Shown here: piece by piece, positions 46,730-60,300 of the stretch
Position numbering within the stretch: position 1 is the first letter of the stretch
Layout of the letters: each line of letters begins with the position of its first letter
Source of the DNA: Lama guanicoe
Lineage: Eukaryota
DNA: 64,000 nucleotides
Assembly: GCA_013239625.1 (NCBI GenBank)
Contig: MU057102.1
Span: 3,801,782 to 3,865,781 of the forward strand
Reading direction: 5' to 3'
The notes under the pieces: generated by a model
Database searches by the model: none
The model's input: only the letters and a program-made list of their open reading frames with translations
Told to the model about the DNA's origin: nothing
Position numbers and translations under genes: made by a program

Positions 46730-48960
46730 CTCATAAAAAGGCGAAGACTGTTGGACTGGGCAGAAAATCAAAGCCCAATTTTATGATGGCTGTAGGAAAC
46801 CCACTTGAAACACAAAGGCACAAATCAGGGAAAAGTAAAAAGATGGGAAAAGATGGGCCCTGCTAACATTAGTCAGAAGTCCAGAACGGCCACGCTGATG
46901 CCAGACAAAGTGGAGTCCAGAGCAAAGATTATGACCAGGAATGAAGCTGGCCGTTACTTGTAATGACTGAACTTCACAACACAGGAGCAGAACGGATGAA
47001 ACGTGAAGGAGAAACAGACAGGTCACAAGTTCAGGGGGAGACACTCAGCCGACAGCAGACAAGCAGAGAGGCGGTGAGGACACACACACCTGAGCAAACC
47101 GCCAACCAGCCTGGCCCACTGACGTTCCAGGCTCTCCAAACAGCACACACAGCGCTTTTACCAAGAGGGACCTTATTCTCGGCCATGGAGCCAGGCTCAA
47201 TAAATGTACAAGACTCCAGTTGTGCCAAATGTGCCCTTGGCAGCAGTGAGATGAAACAAGAAACTCATAACAGGGAGGTATCGGGAACCCCTCCCCAGAC
47301 GAACGGCCCATGGGACCAAGAAGGGACAACCGGGAAGCTAGGAAGTACTGCGAACTGAATCGAAGTAAAGAAAAGCCAAAATCTGTGGGATCCGTAGAGC
47401 AGTGTTTGGAGGGAAATTTGTGTCACCAGCACCTCAGCAGAAACGAAAGAAGGCCTCAGATAATTAACTTCAACTACTAACATCAGAAACTAGGGAAAGA
47501 AAGTCAAACGAAACCCCAAGTAAGCGGAGGGAAGGAAGCGATAAATACCAGAACAGAGGTGAACGACACGGTGGGCAGGGATGATGTGCTATGCTAGTTC
47601 TCTAAGAAAGGAAATAACACTGGACTTACATCCAGAGTATATGAAGAATGGGCACCATTCTATAGTAGAAGACCAACAACCCACTGAAGAAAGGGGCAGG
47701 AGCTCTGGGAGGGGGCCTCAGCCCTTGGCTCCAAAGCGGGCCAGGCTGGGGCATCCAGACAGGTCACGATGAGAGCACGGCCGGACGAGCCGGGATGAGA
47801 CCGGCATTTGGTCCCCCGGAGTCTTCCTCCAAACCCGGAGCCCCGTCTAATCAAGAGAGAAGCATCAGCCAGGTCGCAGCTGAGAGATGCACAGAATTCC
47901 TGAAAACACTCCTCGGTACTGGCAAGGTCGTCAAGACAAGGGAAGTCAGGGAAACCGTCACCGCTCTGAGGCCCCAAGGACTGCGGCGTGCGTTCCCCGG
48001 TGGGGGGGGGTCCTGGAGCACAAGGACACCGAGGAGGTCAGGTGGTGGCAGTGCTGCCAGTGTGGGCCCCTCGACCGGACGTGTGCACCTTGCTGGGGTC
48101 ATGTGTTGACAATGGGGAATATGACTTCCCCGTCCTGCCGGCCATGCGGCACTGTCTTCATCATTTACTGTAAACCTAAAATTATTCCAAGACGAAAGCT
48201 TATTTTTGAAAGTGTGCAAACGATTTGAGTAGGGATTCCATCAAATAAAATATGAAAGTTGTTACTAAGCACATGGAAAGACGCTTAGCAACATTAGTCC
48301 TGAGGGACACCGCAGCAGCCTTGCGCCCACGGGGACGGTTAGAACCACGGGCATGGGGGCAGCACATGTCGACAAGGATGTGGAGAACCTGGGACCCTCG
48401 TAGCTGCTGTGGGAGTTTACAGTGGCGCCACTACTTTGGAAAGCAGTTCGGCAGTTCTTAAAGGTGGAACCTCGACTTACCACGCAACTCAGAGTCCGCT
48501 CTTGGGAACATCCCCATGTGCGCGCTTGGACTTGGCCGTGAATGTTCAGGGCGACTTCATTCACAGAGACCAGACTGGGAGGAACCCAGACACCAGCAGC
48601 CAGCGGGCGGGTCACCAGTGGACGGATAAGCCTGGCATCATCCTCTCGGCACCAGCGGTCTATGAGCCACAGGTGCTCAGCCGCGGGGACAGGTCTCAGA
48701 GGCAGCCGGACCCCCACACAGTCACCACGCGGCCCTGACTGCAGTGAGACAAGCTCTGGAGAACGCACAGTCATCGACAGGGTCAGCGAGTGGATCAGAG
48801 TTGTCTGGGGAGAGTCTGGTGGGAGGGATCACACGAGGCCACCAGGAACCTTTAGGGATGTAGCGTGTCCTGTATCCTGATGTTGGTGACGGTTTCACGG
48901 TTGGTCAATCGGAGCGATTTAAAGTCCATTATCCCTCTGTAAAGCTGCTTTATGAATGGA
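46730..48960 (+). mobile_element. Ancient L1M fragments (ORF2 endonuclease to 3' end), sense
   Basis: A-rich L1-like tracts, e.g. AAATCTGTGGGAT...GAGGGAAATT and CCACTACTTTGGAAAGCAGTTCGGCAGTTCTT; edges approximate. Confidence 0.65.
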
Positions 48961-49114
48961 TTGTCAGGGCACTATGAGCTCATCTACAAAGCAGAAACAG
49001 ACTTGCAGACATAGTAAACAATCTTATGGTTCCATAAGGAATAAATCTGGGAGTTTGAGATTTGCAAATGTTAGCCACTATATACAAAAATAGATTAAAA
49101 AAAAAACAAGTTTC

Positions 49115-50060
49115 AAAAATGGGCAGAAGACCTAAACAAGCACATCTCCAATGGAGACATACAGATGATCGATAGGCACATGAAAAAACACTCAATACCA
49201 CTAATTATCAGAGAAATGAGGTATCATCTCACACCAGTCAAAATGGCCATCATTCAAAAGTCCACAAATGACAAATGCTGGAGAGGCTGTGGAGAAAGGG
49301 GAACCCTCCTTCACTGCTGGGGGGAATGCAGTTTGGGGCAGCCGCTGTGGAAAACAGTATGGAGATTCCTCAAAATACTAGGAATAGACTTACCATATGA
49401 CCCAGGAATCCCACTTCTGGGCTTATATCCAGAAGGAACCCTACTTCAGGATGACACCTGCACCCCAGTGTNNNNNNNNNNNNNNNNNNNNNNNNNNNNN
49501 NNNNNNNNNNNNNNNNNNNNNNNNNNNNNNNNNNNNNNNNNNNNNNNNNNNNNNNNNNNNNNNNNNNNNNNNNNNNNNNNNNNNNNNNNNNNNNNNNNNN
49601 NNNNNNCATTTGCAGCAACATGGATGTTCCTGGAGAATGTCATTCTAAGTGAAGTAAGCCAGAAAGAGAAAGAAAAATACCCTATGATATCGCTTATATG
49701 TGGAATCTAAAAAAAAAAAAGAGAGAGAGAACATAAATACAAAAGAGAAACAGACTCATAGGCACAGAATACAAACTTGTGGATGCCAGGGGGACGGGGG
49801 TGGGAAGAGACAGACTGGGAGTTCAAAATTTGTAGATACTGACAGGCATATGCAGAATAGATAAACAAGATTGTACTGTACAGCACAGGGAAATATATAC
49901 AGGATCCTGTGATGGCTCACAGCGAAAAAGAATGCGACAATGAATGTGTGTATGTTCATGTATAACTGAAAAATGGTGCTCTGCACTGGAAATTGACACC
50001 ACATTGTAAAATGACTATAACTCAATTAAAAAAAAAGTAAAAACAACAAAAAAAAGAAAG
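49115..50060 (+). mobile_element. Young 5'-truncated L1 (ORF2 C-terminus, 3' UTR, polyA tail)
   Basis: ORF 49165-49710 with [12 protein letters not shown]...[15 protein letters not shown] (L1 ORF2 cysteine-rich domain); A tail; TSD AACAAGTTTC at 49105-49114 and 50061-50070. Confidence 0.92.
49472..49606. other. Assembly gap (135 N)
   Basis: Run of N inside the young L1. Confidence 1.
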
Positions 50061-51699
50061 AACAAGTTTCTTCTGTAGAGCACAGGGAACTATATTCAAT
50101 ATCTTGTAATAACCTTTAATGGAAAAGAATATGAAGACAAGTATATTTATGTCTATGCATGACTGGGACATTGTGCTGAACACCCGGAACTGACACATTG
50201 TAACTGACTGTACTTCAGTTAAAAAAAGCCAGAATGGGCTGTTCTCCCAAGGACGCCTGCCTTTGTGATGGTCATGCCATGGTCACAAGAGTGGACCGCA
50301 GCACCTGAGGCCCGGCTCCCCACTGGAGGCAGGATTGGGGAGGTGGCAGAGAACAGGCAGCCCCGGGGGGAATGACAGCTTCATCCCACCCTGCCTGGCC
50401 CAGCACGGGGAGGAGGGCCGTGTCCAGCTCCGCACCCTCTGAGGGACAGGAGGGCGAGCGCAGGTGCTGGGACGCCCCGCTGCTCCACGAGGGGGCTATG
50501 TGTCTGGGCGGTGCCAGGCCAGTAACTACTGTCTGCTTGAAGCATCTTTCCTTCCCGAACATGAGCTCCATTGAGCACACATTCTGTCTCCTACAGAATG
50601 TAGAAGTGCCACTCCGTAAGAAGTGCCAAACTTCACTTCCCGTCTCTGGGTGGCACTTTGCGCGGCTATTTGCGCGGGAGCCCGGTCCACCCTCGGCATC
50701 GTTCTTATGCTGGTTTCACAAAAATAACCCAGAGGATTTCCTTCTTTTCCTCCCTTCCAAGGACATTCTAAATATCAGCGAATTATCTGCTTCTTGAATA
50801 TCTGAGAGGCTCCATCTGTGAATTCTTAGATGTGGTTCTCAGTTTCTGACAACACTTTTTTAGAAAATCTACTTCATTCAAGTTTTCAAATATGTAAGGA
50901 TACAGTGTGACTGTACTCGCCGATCATTTTAATGTCCTCCCGACCTGCAGCTATTTCTCACTCGTTTTTCCTGGATTTGCACAGCTTTACACTTTCTTCC
51001 ATCCTCTCGCCTGGAGCGGGCTGCCCGTCCCTGTGCCCGGCGGGCCGCGGTCTGGAGCAGGGTGCACCAGGGATTTGCAGGGTGGTAACCCCAAGGATCT
51101 CGCTAGACCGCAGCCTCGCTCTCCAGCTCCCAGAGACGCAGGGACTGTGGTTTCACCCGAGTTTTCTAGCTCGGGAGAGGGATTTCACGTAGGGTTTTTC
51201 CTCCTTGGTTTTCCAGTGGCATGTGCGACATAGCGTGTCTGCGCCTGGCTCTCACGACCACCTGGGGCTCCCTGACTGGGTGATGGTGGCGTGTGGCCAT
51301 GTGCTCGTCTCCAGCCACTTGCAAGGGCCACAGCGGAGACAAGTGGGCAGCGTGGGTGCTTGTCCTGTGAGGGGTGGGTGCAGGGGTCGGGTAGCTGGGC
51401 TGAATCCTAAATGTGCTTAAGAATGTGATTGCTGGTCCAGCCCGCTGGGACACCCTTCTCCCCACAGCCTGTGAGGGGCGCCTTCCCAGACCCCCCAGGA
51501 AGAGACATCATCACACTGAAAACATCTCCAGTCAATGACCTTCTGGCTGTCTGGCACTCTCCTGGAATTTCTGGGACCCACAGCGAGGGTGGCCCCTCCC
51601 ATCCTTATGTCACTGGGATCAGATCTCCTCTGACGTTCATTCTGCCACAGGAGTCTTAACTTAACCCAAAAAGGAAAAAAAGAAAGGGTTGTTGGAGTT

Positions 51700-54600
51700 T
51701 AAATTGGAAGTGTAATCCAGGTTGCCTACAATTATGGATTAACTTTGGAGTAACTGGCATCTTATGACAGTAAACCTGCCCACCAAAGTCTAGCGTGTCT
51801 GTTCAAAGCCGTCACGCTCCAGGAGATGACACGTCTACACACAGGTGCTGCAGAGCTCTCTGCTGAACTGATTCCTGAGTATTTTCCATTTTTACAATTA
51901 TTGTAAATGGACTATGGTCTCCACTTAGTTTCTAGCTTGTTACTAAAAGTATGGGGAAATTCTCAAAATCAACTTTTACCCAGAAATACTGCCGTTAGCC
52001 ATTCTGCTGCAGGCCGTGATGGGCTGCGGTGGGTTCTCGCCAGAGTGCTGTGTGTGTCTTCGGTCCACGATCATGTCACCAGCAGAGAGGCGAGTGGGGA
52101 GAGAGAGTTTGTGTCTTCTTTCGTGGTGCAGGCTCATCATTTCGCTTCTGCGTGCAGCTCAGTGCGGCCTCCGAAGCCCCGCGCTTAGCGCTCAGTCAGG
52201 CCTGTGCGCTGTGCTCTTGATTCTCCGTGAGGAGATTCACCCACTCGTCATTTTTATTTGTTTTCTTCTGCAGTTGCAGCATTTGTCTTCATTGCCTCTC
52301 TCTGCCTGTCTTATTTTGGATTGCGTGTTGTCTTCTTTTAGCGTTTTTTAAAAGATAATAATAAAGTGCCTATCCTTTCTGTTTTCCTTCTTTAAAACTG
52401 AAGGTTAAGAGTTTTCTTCCCAAACCACTTTTAGCCACGGATCCTAAGTTTAGATATAAAGTTATTTTTCATTGCTTTCTAGCATTTTTGCAGCTTCAGT
52501 TTTTATTTCCCCTCAATCTAAGGGTTAATTAGGTGCATGTTTCTAAAACGGAAACTTACAAAGTTCGGGTTGGTCGTCTCTCCAGTGGTTTGTCTGTGGT
52601 TTGACTGGGCGATGAGCAGCCGGACGGTCTGCGCAGTCTCTGGTGTCTGTTTTGCTGGGGACTCCGGTCGGTTTGGTTGCGGTGCGACGTAGGCATGGCA
52701 ACTGCCACACAGTCCCTTTCTGTGCGTTCCGACTGTCTTGCGGCCCCTTTGCAGTCCGCCTGCCGTCCGCCCTGGGCCCCGATGTGCTCGTGGTCACCAT
52801 GCACGGGTTTGCTCTTCTGTGTACAGAAATGAGATCGTATCATTTGTGCTTGGCTTTTTTCACATGTGAAGATGTTGAGACTCTCCCAGGGTGCTGTGAG
52901 CACCAGTGCCCCTGCGTGGACGGACCACCTTTCACCTGCTGATGGACACGGGGGTGGCTCTGGTGTGGGCTTTTACAGGTTAGGCTGCGCATCCCCGCGG
53001 CTGGGGGTTAGTGAACTTACGTCCCCGTTTCTCTTGGGTAAATGTCTAGGAGTGGGGTTGCTGGCCACGTGGTGGGTGCCCATGTAACTTTGTAAGAATA
53101 TGCCAAGCCGCTCACACCACGCACCCGCCCACCAGCAGTGGCCGAGGGTGCTGGCCGCTCCAGGGCCTCCCAGCACTTGCTGTGGCCCATCTCCCTCGCT
53201 GTCGACGTCTGAGTAGCCGTGCAGTGGTGCCGCCCGTGACTGTGTTTGTGTCCTTAGTGGCCCCTCACGTGGACCAGCTCTGTCTGTCACAGCCAGCGCG
53301 TCTCCTTCGTGCTCAGCTGTCGTCTGTAGCTCTTCTGTGGGGAAATGTTCAAATCTTCTACTTGAAAATCAGGTGTTTCGTGTTCTTGTCGCTGAGCTGT
53401 GAGAGCTCCTCACGTATTCTGGGTAAGGGCCCTCTGTCAAACTCATGGTTTGCAAATACACTCTCTCAGACTAGCCTTTTCTTTTCTTTCTTTCTAACAG
53501 TGTCTTTTGAAGAACGAAAGTTTTTAATGTTGGTGAAGTCCAGTTTATCAAAGTTTCCTTTCAAGGTCCATGCTTTTTGTCACCTGTGTCAGGAATCGTT
53601 ACCTAGGTCAGGGTCACGGGGAGTCTTCTCTCGTGCTTTCCTGTGGAAATGCTGCCCTTTTGGTTTTCACATTACGTCTGTTACCGAGCCCCACGGAAGG
53701 CGTGCGGCAAGGGGAGAAGCTTGCTCATTTGCTTGTGTGGGAACCTCTCCTTGTTTCAGGGCCACTTATGAAAAGACTGTCCTCTCCTCACTGAATTATC
53801 TTTGCAGCTTTGTCGAAAAGTCAACTGGCCATGTATGAGTCGGTCTGTTTCTGGACTGCCTGCTCTGTTCCGCGGATCCAAATGTCAATTCTTTGTCAAT
53901 ACCGTGCTGTCTCAGCTGCAGGAAATCTTGAAAGCAAGCAGCGTTGAGTCCTCTGAAGTTGTTCTCCGTCTGCAGAGTTGTTTCATCTACTTTAGACGTT
54001 CTGCCATTTCCACGTACACTTCAGAATCAGGCAGTGAATTTATTCAAAAGAGCCTGTTTGTATTTTGTTTGGGACTGCACTGAATCTACGGATCAGTCAG
54101 AAGACCCCGACTTCATGGCAGGGACGAGCCCGTGAACACGGCGCGTCACCCTGTTCTTTCGGGTCGTTTTAACTTCTGGCAACAATTCTGTAATTTCAGG
54201 CAAAACAGGCTTGCGCATCTATTAAACACACAGTCACAGACACGTCGTGCTCTGTCAGGATGGCTCGTGGCGCCGTCTGTAAGTGTCACCCTCCAGCTGC
54301 TAGGCCGTGTGTGGAGCTGACCGCGTAGCTTGTGGCCTTGCCAGAGTCACTCCCTGGTTCCAACGGTGGTGTGGAGAGTCCTTCGAATTTTCTGCATAGA
54401 TGGTATGTTGTTTGTTAATAAAGACAGTTTTTGCTTCCTCTTCAATCTTTAAGCTTTCGTCCTTCTCTTGCCTTAGTGCCACGGCCAGGCCCCCAGCACC
54501 AGGGGACCAGGAGCGTCCTTTGCTGAAGAGCGCTCAGTACCTCATCGCAGACTGTGATGTTAGCTGCAGGGCTTCCTAAGGTTTCGTTTGTGGCTGAGAA
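51700..54600 (-). mobile_element. Ancient L1M fragments, antisense
   Basis: T-rich tracts typical of antisense L1 ORF2/3' end (TCTTGGGTAAATGTCTAGGAGTGGGGTTGCTGG; GTGTCTTTTGAAGAACGAAAGTTTTTAAT); edges approximate. Confidence 0.7.
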
Positions 54601-56969
54601 CCTGACATCAGTCTCTTAAATTTTAAAAACTTACTATTTGTCGGATACTCGCTGAGACTTACCAAGTGCTGGGCACTGCTCCAGGTGTGGGGAGTCCAGC
54701 TGTGGGGCTTCTGCAGAACCTGCCCCCCCAGTAGGGGACCCACCCCTGGATAGAAAGGTGCCCCCGCCCTGCCCTGCACGGGGGTCGTGCCCCCGGAGCT
54801 TCACCTGACTGCTGAGGAGGCACTTGGACCTGCCACCCCGACCTGTGCGTTCCCCTCCACTAGTCACCCGAGAAGTGGAAGCTCAGAGAAGAGCAAGGGA
54901 AGGGACTGGGGCGTTGGCTCCCGCCCCTACCCCCTGCATGGTCAGCACAGGGCAGCTGCTGGACCCCAAGCCTCCCGCAGTTGGAAGCTTGGGCCCTGGC
55001 TGTCGGGGCGCAGTGGACATCCCAAGAACAGGTCCCACACAGACTGAGAGTGGCTCAGCAGCCTGCCCGCCAGTGGGAATGTACACCGGTCCGCTGCCCC
55101 TGGCCGAGGAGAGGCCACCCGGCCCCCAGCTCTCCCCTCGGCCTGCTGGGGCGGCTCCTCCCTTGGCCTCCTCTGCCTCCTCCTCTTGGGCCACGTGGGC
55201 CAGCCCAGAGGTCAAGTGGAGGCAGGACACGGATGCCGGGTCCGGAGCCAGGAGGGTCAGCTCCTGGTGGAGCAGAGCTCAGCACACAGCTGGTGCTCAG
55301 TCAATGCCCATTTGCTCAGCAGGCCTGTGGCCCACATGATGTGTTGGGGGAGCAAGATTTGGGCTCCAACCTGCCCGTCAGGGTGGCCCCTCCAGCCCCC
55401 ACTGCAGCAACTACGCACTCCCTCCCAGGAGAGAGATGTGGACGAGACTGAGTGGGACGCAGGCACTCTCCTGAGGGAGACAGAGCTTTCAGGCACTCTC
55501 ATGTTCGTGTGAACGAGCTTGTTGGGGGCATTTGCATTAAAGGGTCCACCGATGTGCAGGTGGAGGGGGCTGGATGGCGGGGGCCAGCCCCTGCCTCCCC
55601 CTCCCAGCTGCCAGGGACAGCAGTGCCAGGGGTGAGAGGCTGTGGCCTCGTCACCTGGGACCTGCTGGAGGAGCCTGTCAATCGGCAGCTTGGTTTATGA
55701 CCTACTTTCCCTTGAGTCACTGGCTCAAAATCTGCTTTGCAAAGTTGTGCAGGTGTGTCTGAAACTGACCGTGAGGCTCTGGGTTTGTGTGAGAATCTGT
55801 GTCTGTGCCATTGGCCACTGTCCCGGGCAGGCTTCCATCCCCACCGTGACAGTGGTGGCAGGTTGGCCTGGGCCCTGGCCCCCCTCCGCAGTGGTTTCCG
55901 GCAGCTAGGAGGGCCCACGTGGTGTAGGCATGGCCCAGCCTGACGGATGTCCAGTTTCAGCCCAGAGCAGTCAACCATAAGTTGTTCCCTTCCCCCCACC
56001 AGCTGCTGGCCTTCCACGATGGGTGGCAGGGGCAGGGGGGTTCACTCCTGAGTCCCTGGCAAAGGCAGCATGTGGTGCAAATATCTGCAGGAAAGGGAGT
56101 TTCTCTGGACTCGGTGTTGCGCGGACCTGTGCCGTAACAGAGCAGGGCACAGCACCCGGAGCGCCACGGGCCTCAGAGTGGAAAAGCCGAGTGGTCACCG
56201 GCTCAGAGACAAGCGGGCAGGACAGAGCTGGGGGCCCTTCCAAACACGGGCCTGTTCCCGAGCCTGGACTCAGCCAGCCTTGGGCAGCACATGTGAGGGG
56301 TCGTCAAGGGTGAGAGGATAGAGGTGGGACCTTCGGAGCCCATGTTGGGGCGGCAGGGAATAGACGGGAGGGCATAGCTGGGGGACACACACACAACCAC
56401 AGCAGACACACAACCACAGATGCACAACCACAGACAGAGACAGACACACAGACACACAGAGACAGGATGGCAGGTGTGGGGAGCAGCCCAGACTGTGCTC
56501 CCCTCCCAAGGGAGCACCTGGGGTGATTGGATAGCTGGCTTCACCCCTACCGAGGGGTGTGGGTATGTGGGGGCTTCTGCGGGACCGGCTGCCCGGGGCT
56601 GAGATCACTGACCCACAGCGCTAACCAGTGCGCTTCCCTCCCACTGCGATGCTGGCGGCTGCTGCTGTGCTCCCCAGGTGCTAAGGGCCAGGGCTGCGCT
56701 CCGAGGCTGTAATTACATGTCTTGTCCTGTGGGCTGAGCCACGGAGTGTGTCCGGGAGGTGTTTATTGTTGCCTGTGAATCAGGAGCTCATGAGGAAAGT
56801 GGTGGCTGGCAAGGCGGAGAAATTAGGGCCTTGCTGCCGTGACCAGAGCAGTTGCCAGCAGCTCCAGGCCAGCGGCTGCCCTGCCTGGCACACCCAGGGG
56901 CCCGCCACACGCCCGTCCTGGGCGCTTCTGGCCCCCCTGCCCCGCGGAGGCTGAGCCCCTGCTGCACCC

Positions 56970-57100
56970 AGACCCAGAGACACACACCACCCCGCGGGGC
57001 CCACACACACACACAACCATGCAGATACACAACCACACACGCACAGCCATACGCATATATCCACAGACACACCACCCCTGGGTTCACACACACATACACA
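56970..57100. repeat. CA-rich low-complexity tract upstream of CPLX1 exon 3 (similar tract at 56385-56463)
   Basis: Direct reading. Confidence 0.8.
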
Positions 57101-57190
57101 GCCGCACTGCCCAGGGACAGAAAAGGGACGGGGTGGGTGGGGCAGGCCGCAGAGCTGGGGCCTGGCTGACTGGTGCCCTCCTGTGCCCAG

Positions 57191-57366
57191 GGGCCACCAA
57201 GGACATGGGGAAGATGCTAGGGGGTGATGAGGAGAAGGACCCCGACGCAGCCAAGAAGGAGGAGGAGCGGCAGGAGGCGCTGCGGCAGGAGGAAGAGGAG
57301 CGCAAGGCCAAGTACGCCAAGATGGAGGCGGAGCGCGAGGCCATGCGGCAGGGCATCCGCGACAAG
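57191..57366 (+). CDS. CPLX1: Complexin-1 exon, accessory and central helices ([12 protein letters not shown]...RQGIRDK)
   Basis: cccag|GG ... AAG|gtgggt; 176 nt. Confidence 0.97.
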
Positions 57367-60300
57367 GTGGGTACCCCGCCCCCTGGGACAGTCCCACGGG
57401 GCTCCCGGAGGAGGTGGCCTCACCACGGGAAGGAGCAGGAATGGTGAGGCCCCGTGCCCCCAGTGCCCACGTCTGTCATGCAGGCTCACCGGGACTGGGG
57501 TCTCCCAGGACTGCCCCCAAGTGCCTGGAGGAGAGGCCGGCCCTGGAGGGAGGGAGAGGGCAGGGCTGCTGTGGCAGTGGGTCCACAGGCAAACCCTGGG
57601 TGGGGGATGCACCTGACCACCCACTGTAGGCCTCAGACCTTCCGAGGTTAACAACAAGGTGTGAGGGCTGCAAGGTCTGGATCGGGATGGCTGCAAGCTG
57701 GAGACCACGGTCTTTTCCAGAGTCACCTGGGTGACTGTCCCTCGTGCCCGGGGCAGCCAGAGCCTCATGCCTGTCACAGGTGGGAAACCAAGGCCCAGGG
57801 CAGGGCGGGCGTGGGAGGCTGAGCTGTGCTGCAGGGGTATGTCTACTGCACAGCCTCAGTTGTCCGTCCAGCGGCTGGGTCAGAGGGTAAGAGGGGCCGG
57901 GAGAGGGCAGGCCTTGGGCAGCTGCTCTGGCCAGTCCAAGGTGGGCTGGAGTGGTGGGGTGAGGGAGCTGAGGGAGGGGCAGAGACACTGAGATGGGGAG
58001 GGGAGGGGAGGGGTGAGGAGAGGGCTGGGGCAGCTGTGTTTGGAGCGCCTGTCCATCTGTCCATCTGCATTCAACCACCCAGCTGGCCATGGCTTCACCC
58101 CACGTGGACACCCGGTGGGGAATCGGGAGGTGAACTTGTTGATCCCAGCTCTCAGGCCTCATAAACAGGTCACAAAGTGTGGACAGGCCTCGGAGCCCCC
58201 TGGGGTGTGCAGGGTGTGGGGCTGTGGGGATGGCCTCCCCAGCACCCAGTGAGCCCCAACCCAGAGCCTTGGGAACTCTCCTGGGGCCCAGGTGTGGATG
58301 TGGCCTGGGCGCCGAGGCGGAGGTGGGGGCGGGTAGAGGCGGATCGTGTGAGTCCGTGTGATAGCACACTCGGCTCATTTTATCTTTAACATGAAAGTGC
58401 CCCCGTCCCTCCTCTCTTCAAACCCTCCAGTGGCCCCCATTTCCTCCTGGGCCCCAGCCCAAGGTGCGTGGTGACCTCTTCCCCCACGGCTCTGCTTGTA
58501 GGCCCCACCCCTCCCCTTGCCCCTGCCCCAGGGCCTTGGCACGGCTGCTTATCCCTGGAGCTTCCGGAGGCACCTCTCTTCCTTCCCCTCCCCACCCCCT
58601 CCCTGCTTTTATTTTGCTCCCCCACCTGCCCTCCTTCAACACACTCATACTTTTTATCTGTTTGCTGGTCCCCACCCACTTGCCCCGGGGGCAGGAGCTT
58701 TGTCTGCACTGGGCTGCTCCCATTGGCTGGGAGCTTTGACTGTCTGCGCTGGGCTGTTACCACTGGCTAACGCTGTCCTCCACCCTCTGGCTGCTGAGCT
58801 AGTGAATGAGTGATGAAAAGGCATCAGCTCCAGGGTCTTCTCTTTCTCAGGAGCACCTGGTGGGACTTTGGGTCACAGAGTGAGTCCCAGTGGGAGTGGG
58901 AGGTTGCAGCTCCATGGGCAGCAGAGGGCAGGGTGACCCTCACCAAACTTCCCCAGCCAGGGTCAGGTGATGGATCACATGCTTCTGGGGTGGCCACATG
59001 GAAATACCCTCCAGCCTGGTGTCACTGGGGTCCCCTCACCTGGGGTCCTACTTCCCTAGACGAGCAACTCCCTACCTGGGGCCCCCTTGGGTGGGCTGAT
59101 CATCTTCTGAACCCCCTCCAGGCCCCAGGCCACCCCTCACCTCTGCCAGCTCCCAGACCCGCCGTGGCCCCACCAGCCACAGAGGTCTTGTCCCTACCAG
59201 GCCTCAGTGTGCATATCCAGGGTTCTGGTCTTGCCCGCCCAGGGGGGCGCTGTGATGTCTGCTGAGTCATTGCTAGAGCTGGGGTCAGAGCTGGGCCCCC
59301 ACCCCACCCTGCAGGTCACTTCTCCCGCTGTGGTGGGACTAAGCAGGCAGGACTAGTCGGCCTACAGGGAATGTGTGGGGTGTGTTGGGGAGCATACAGA
59401 CACCACAGAGTTGAGTCTGCCGGGTGGGGGCCCTTCCTGGGTGGCCACAGACCTCAAGGAGGTGGCAGTCGCCTGGCCAGATGTGGGGTTGTGCAGGGAA
59501 GAGAGGGCAATGCTGATCACCCCCTGCACCCCCATCCCCTTATGGACAAGGAGAGTCCTATATGTTCTGGATGCCTGAGCCTGGGGAGCCCCACGTCCTC
59601 CTGGCCTCACCATTCCGGTCTCCAGAATCTGGTCCACCCCTCCGAGGAGCCTCCAGTTAATCAGAGAGGTGCCCACCCTGCCCCAGGTCTTGGGGAAGTG
59701 GGAGGAGAGGCTGCCCTTGTGGTGCAGGGTGGCCGCCAAAGCTGCCCCCTTGCCCAGCTGTCTCGACCATGAGGGCGGGGCGCCCCCTGGTGGCTGGTGC
59801 GGGCAGCTCAGTGCCGGGCATCCCCTGCCCCCCATCCCTGATGCGCCCCCAGGCCCTGCCCCCGCGAGGTCCGCACCGTTCCCCGCAGGGCCCTCCTCCA
59901 CCTGGCATGCATAGGTAACCCCCTACTGCCTTCCAGCTCCACACAGGTGGGAACCCTGACCGTCAGGCGTGACTTCCCCAATGGCCCTCTCTGGCCCCGG
60001 GATCCCAGACACACTTCTCCCAGCCCTCTCCAGGTGCAGCGTCCACTCACCCAGCTGTGCGGTACGGGGCCCCATCATGGTGGGAGACCCATCAAATGGA
60101 GGCTAGAGGGCTGGAGGGCTGGGCTAGAGTCACCCGTCCCCTGGGCGCCCGGCTCTCCAGGTGACCTAGTCTGCATTTGAGATTTCTCACCTCGGGGGCT
60201 GGTGAGCAGAGCCTCCTCTCCCTAGACTGTCACGATGCACGGAGCGGGTCCAGGTGGGAGAGGACACTGGCCCACCTGCTTCATCTGCATACGCACCGCC

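Larger units (their letters stand above)
48974..50227 (+). mobile_element. Older lineage-specific L1 3' UTR fragment split by a younger L1 (pieces 48974-49114 and 50061-50227)
   Basis: CATCTACAAAGCAGAAACAGACT...AACAAGTTTC joins seamlessly to TTCTGTAGAGCACAGGGAACTATATTCAAT...ACTTCAGTTAAAAAAA. Confidence 0.8.

Noticed and set aside
49165-49710. L1 ORF as an active or domesticated gene
   Set aside because: 5'-truncated ORF2 tail lacking promoter, endonuclease and RT, and interrupted by an assembly gap
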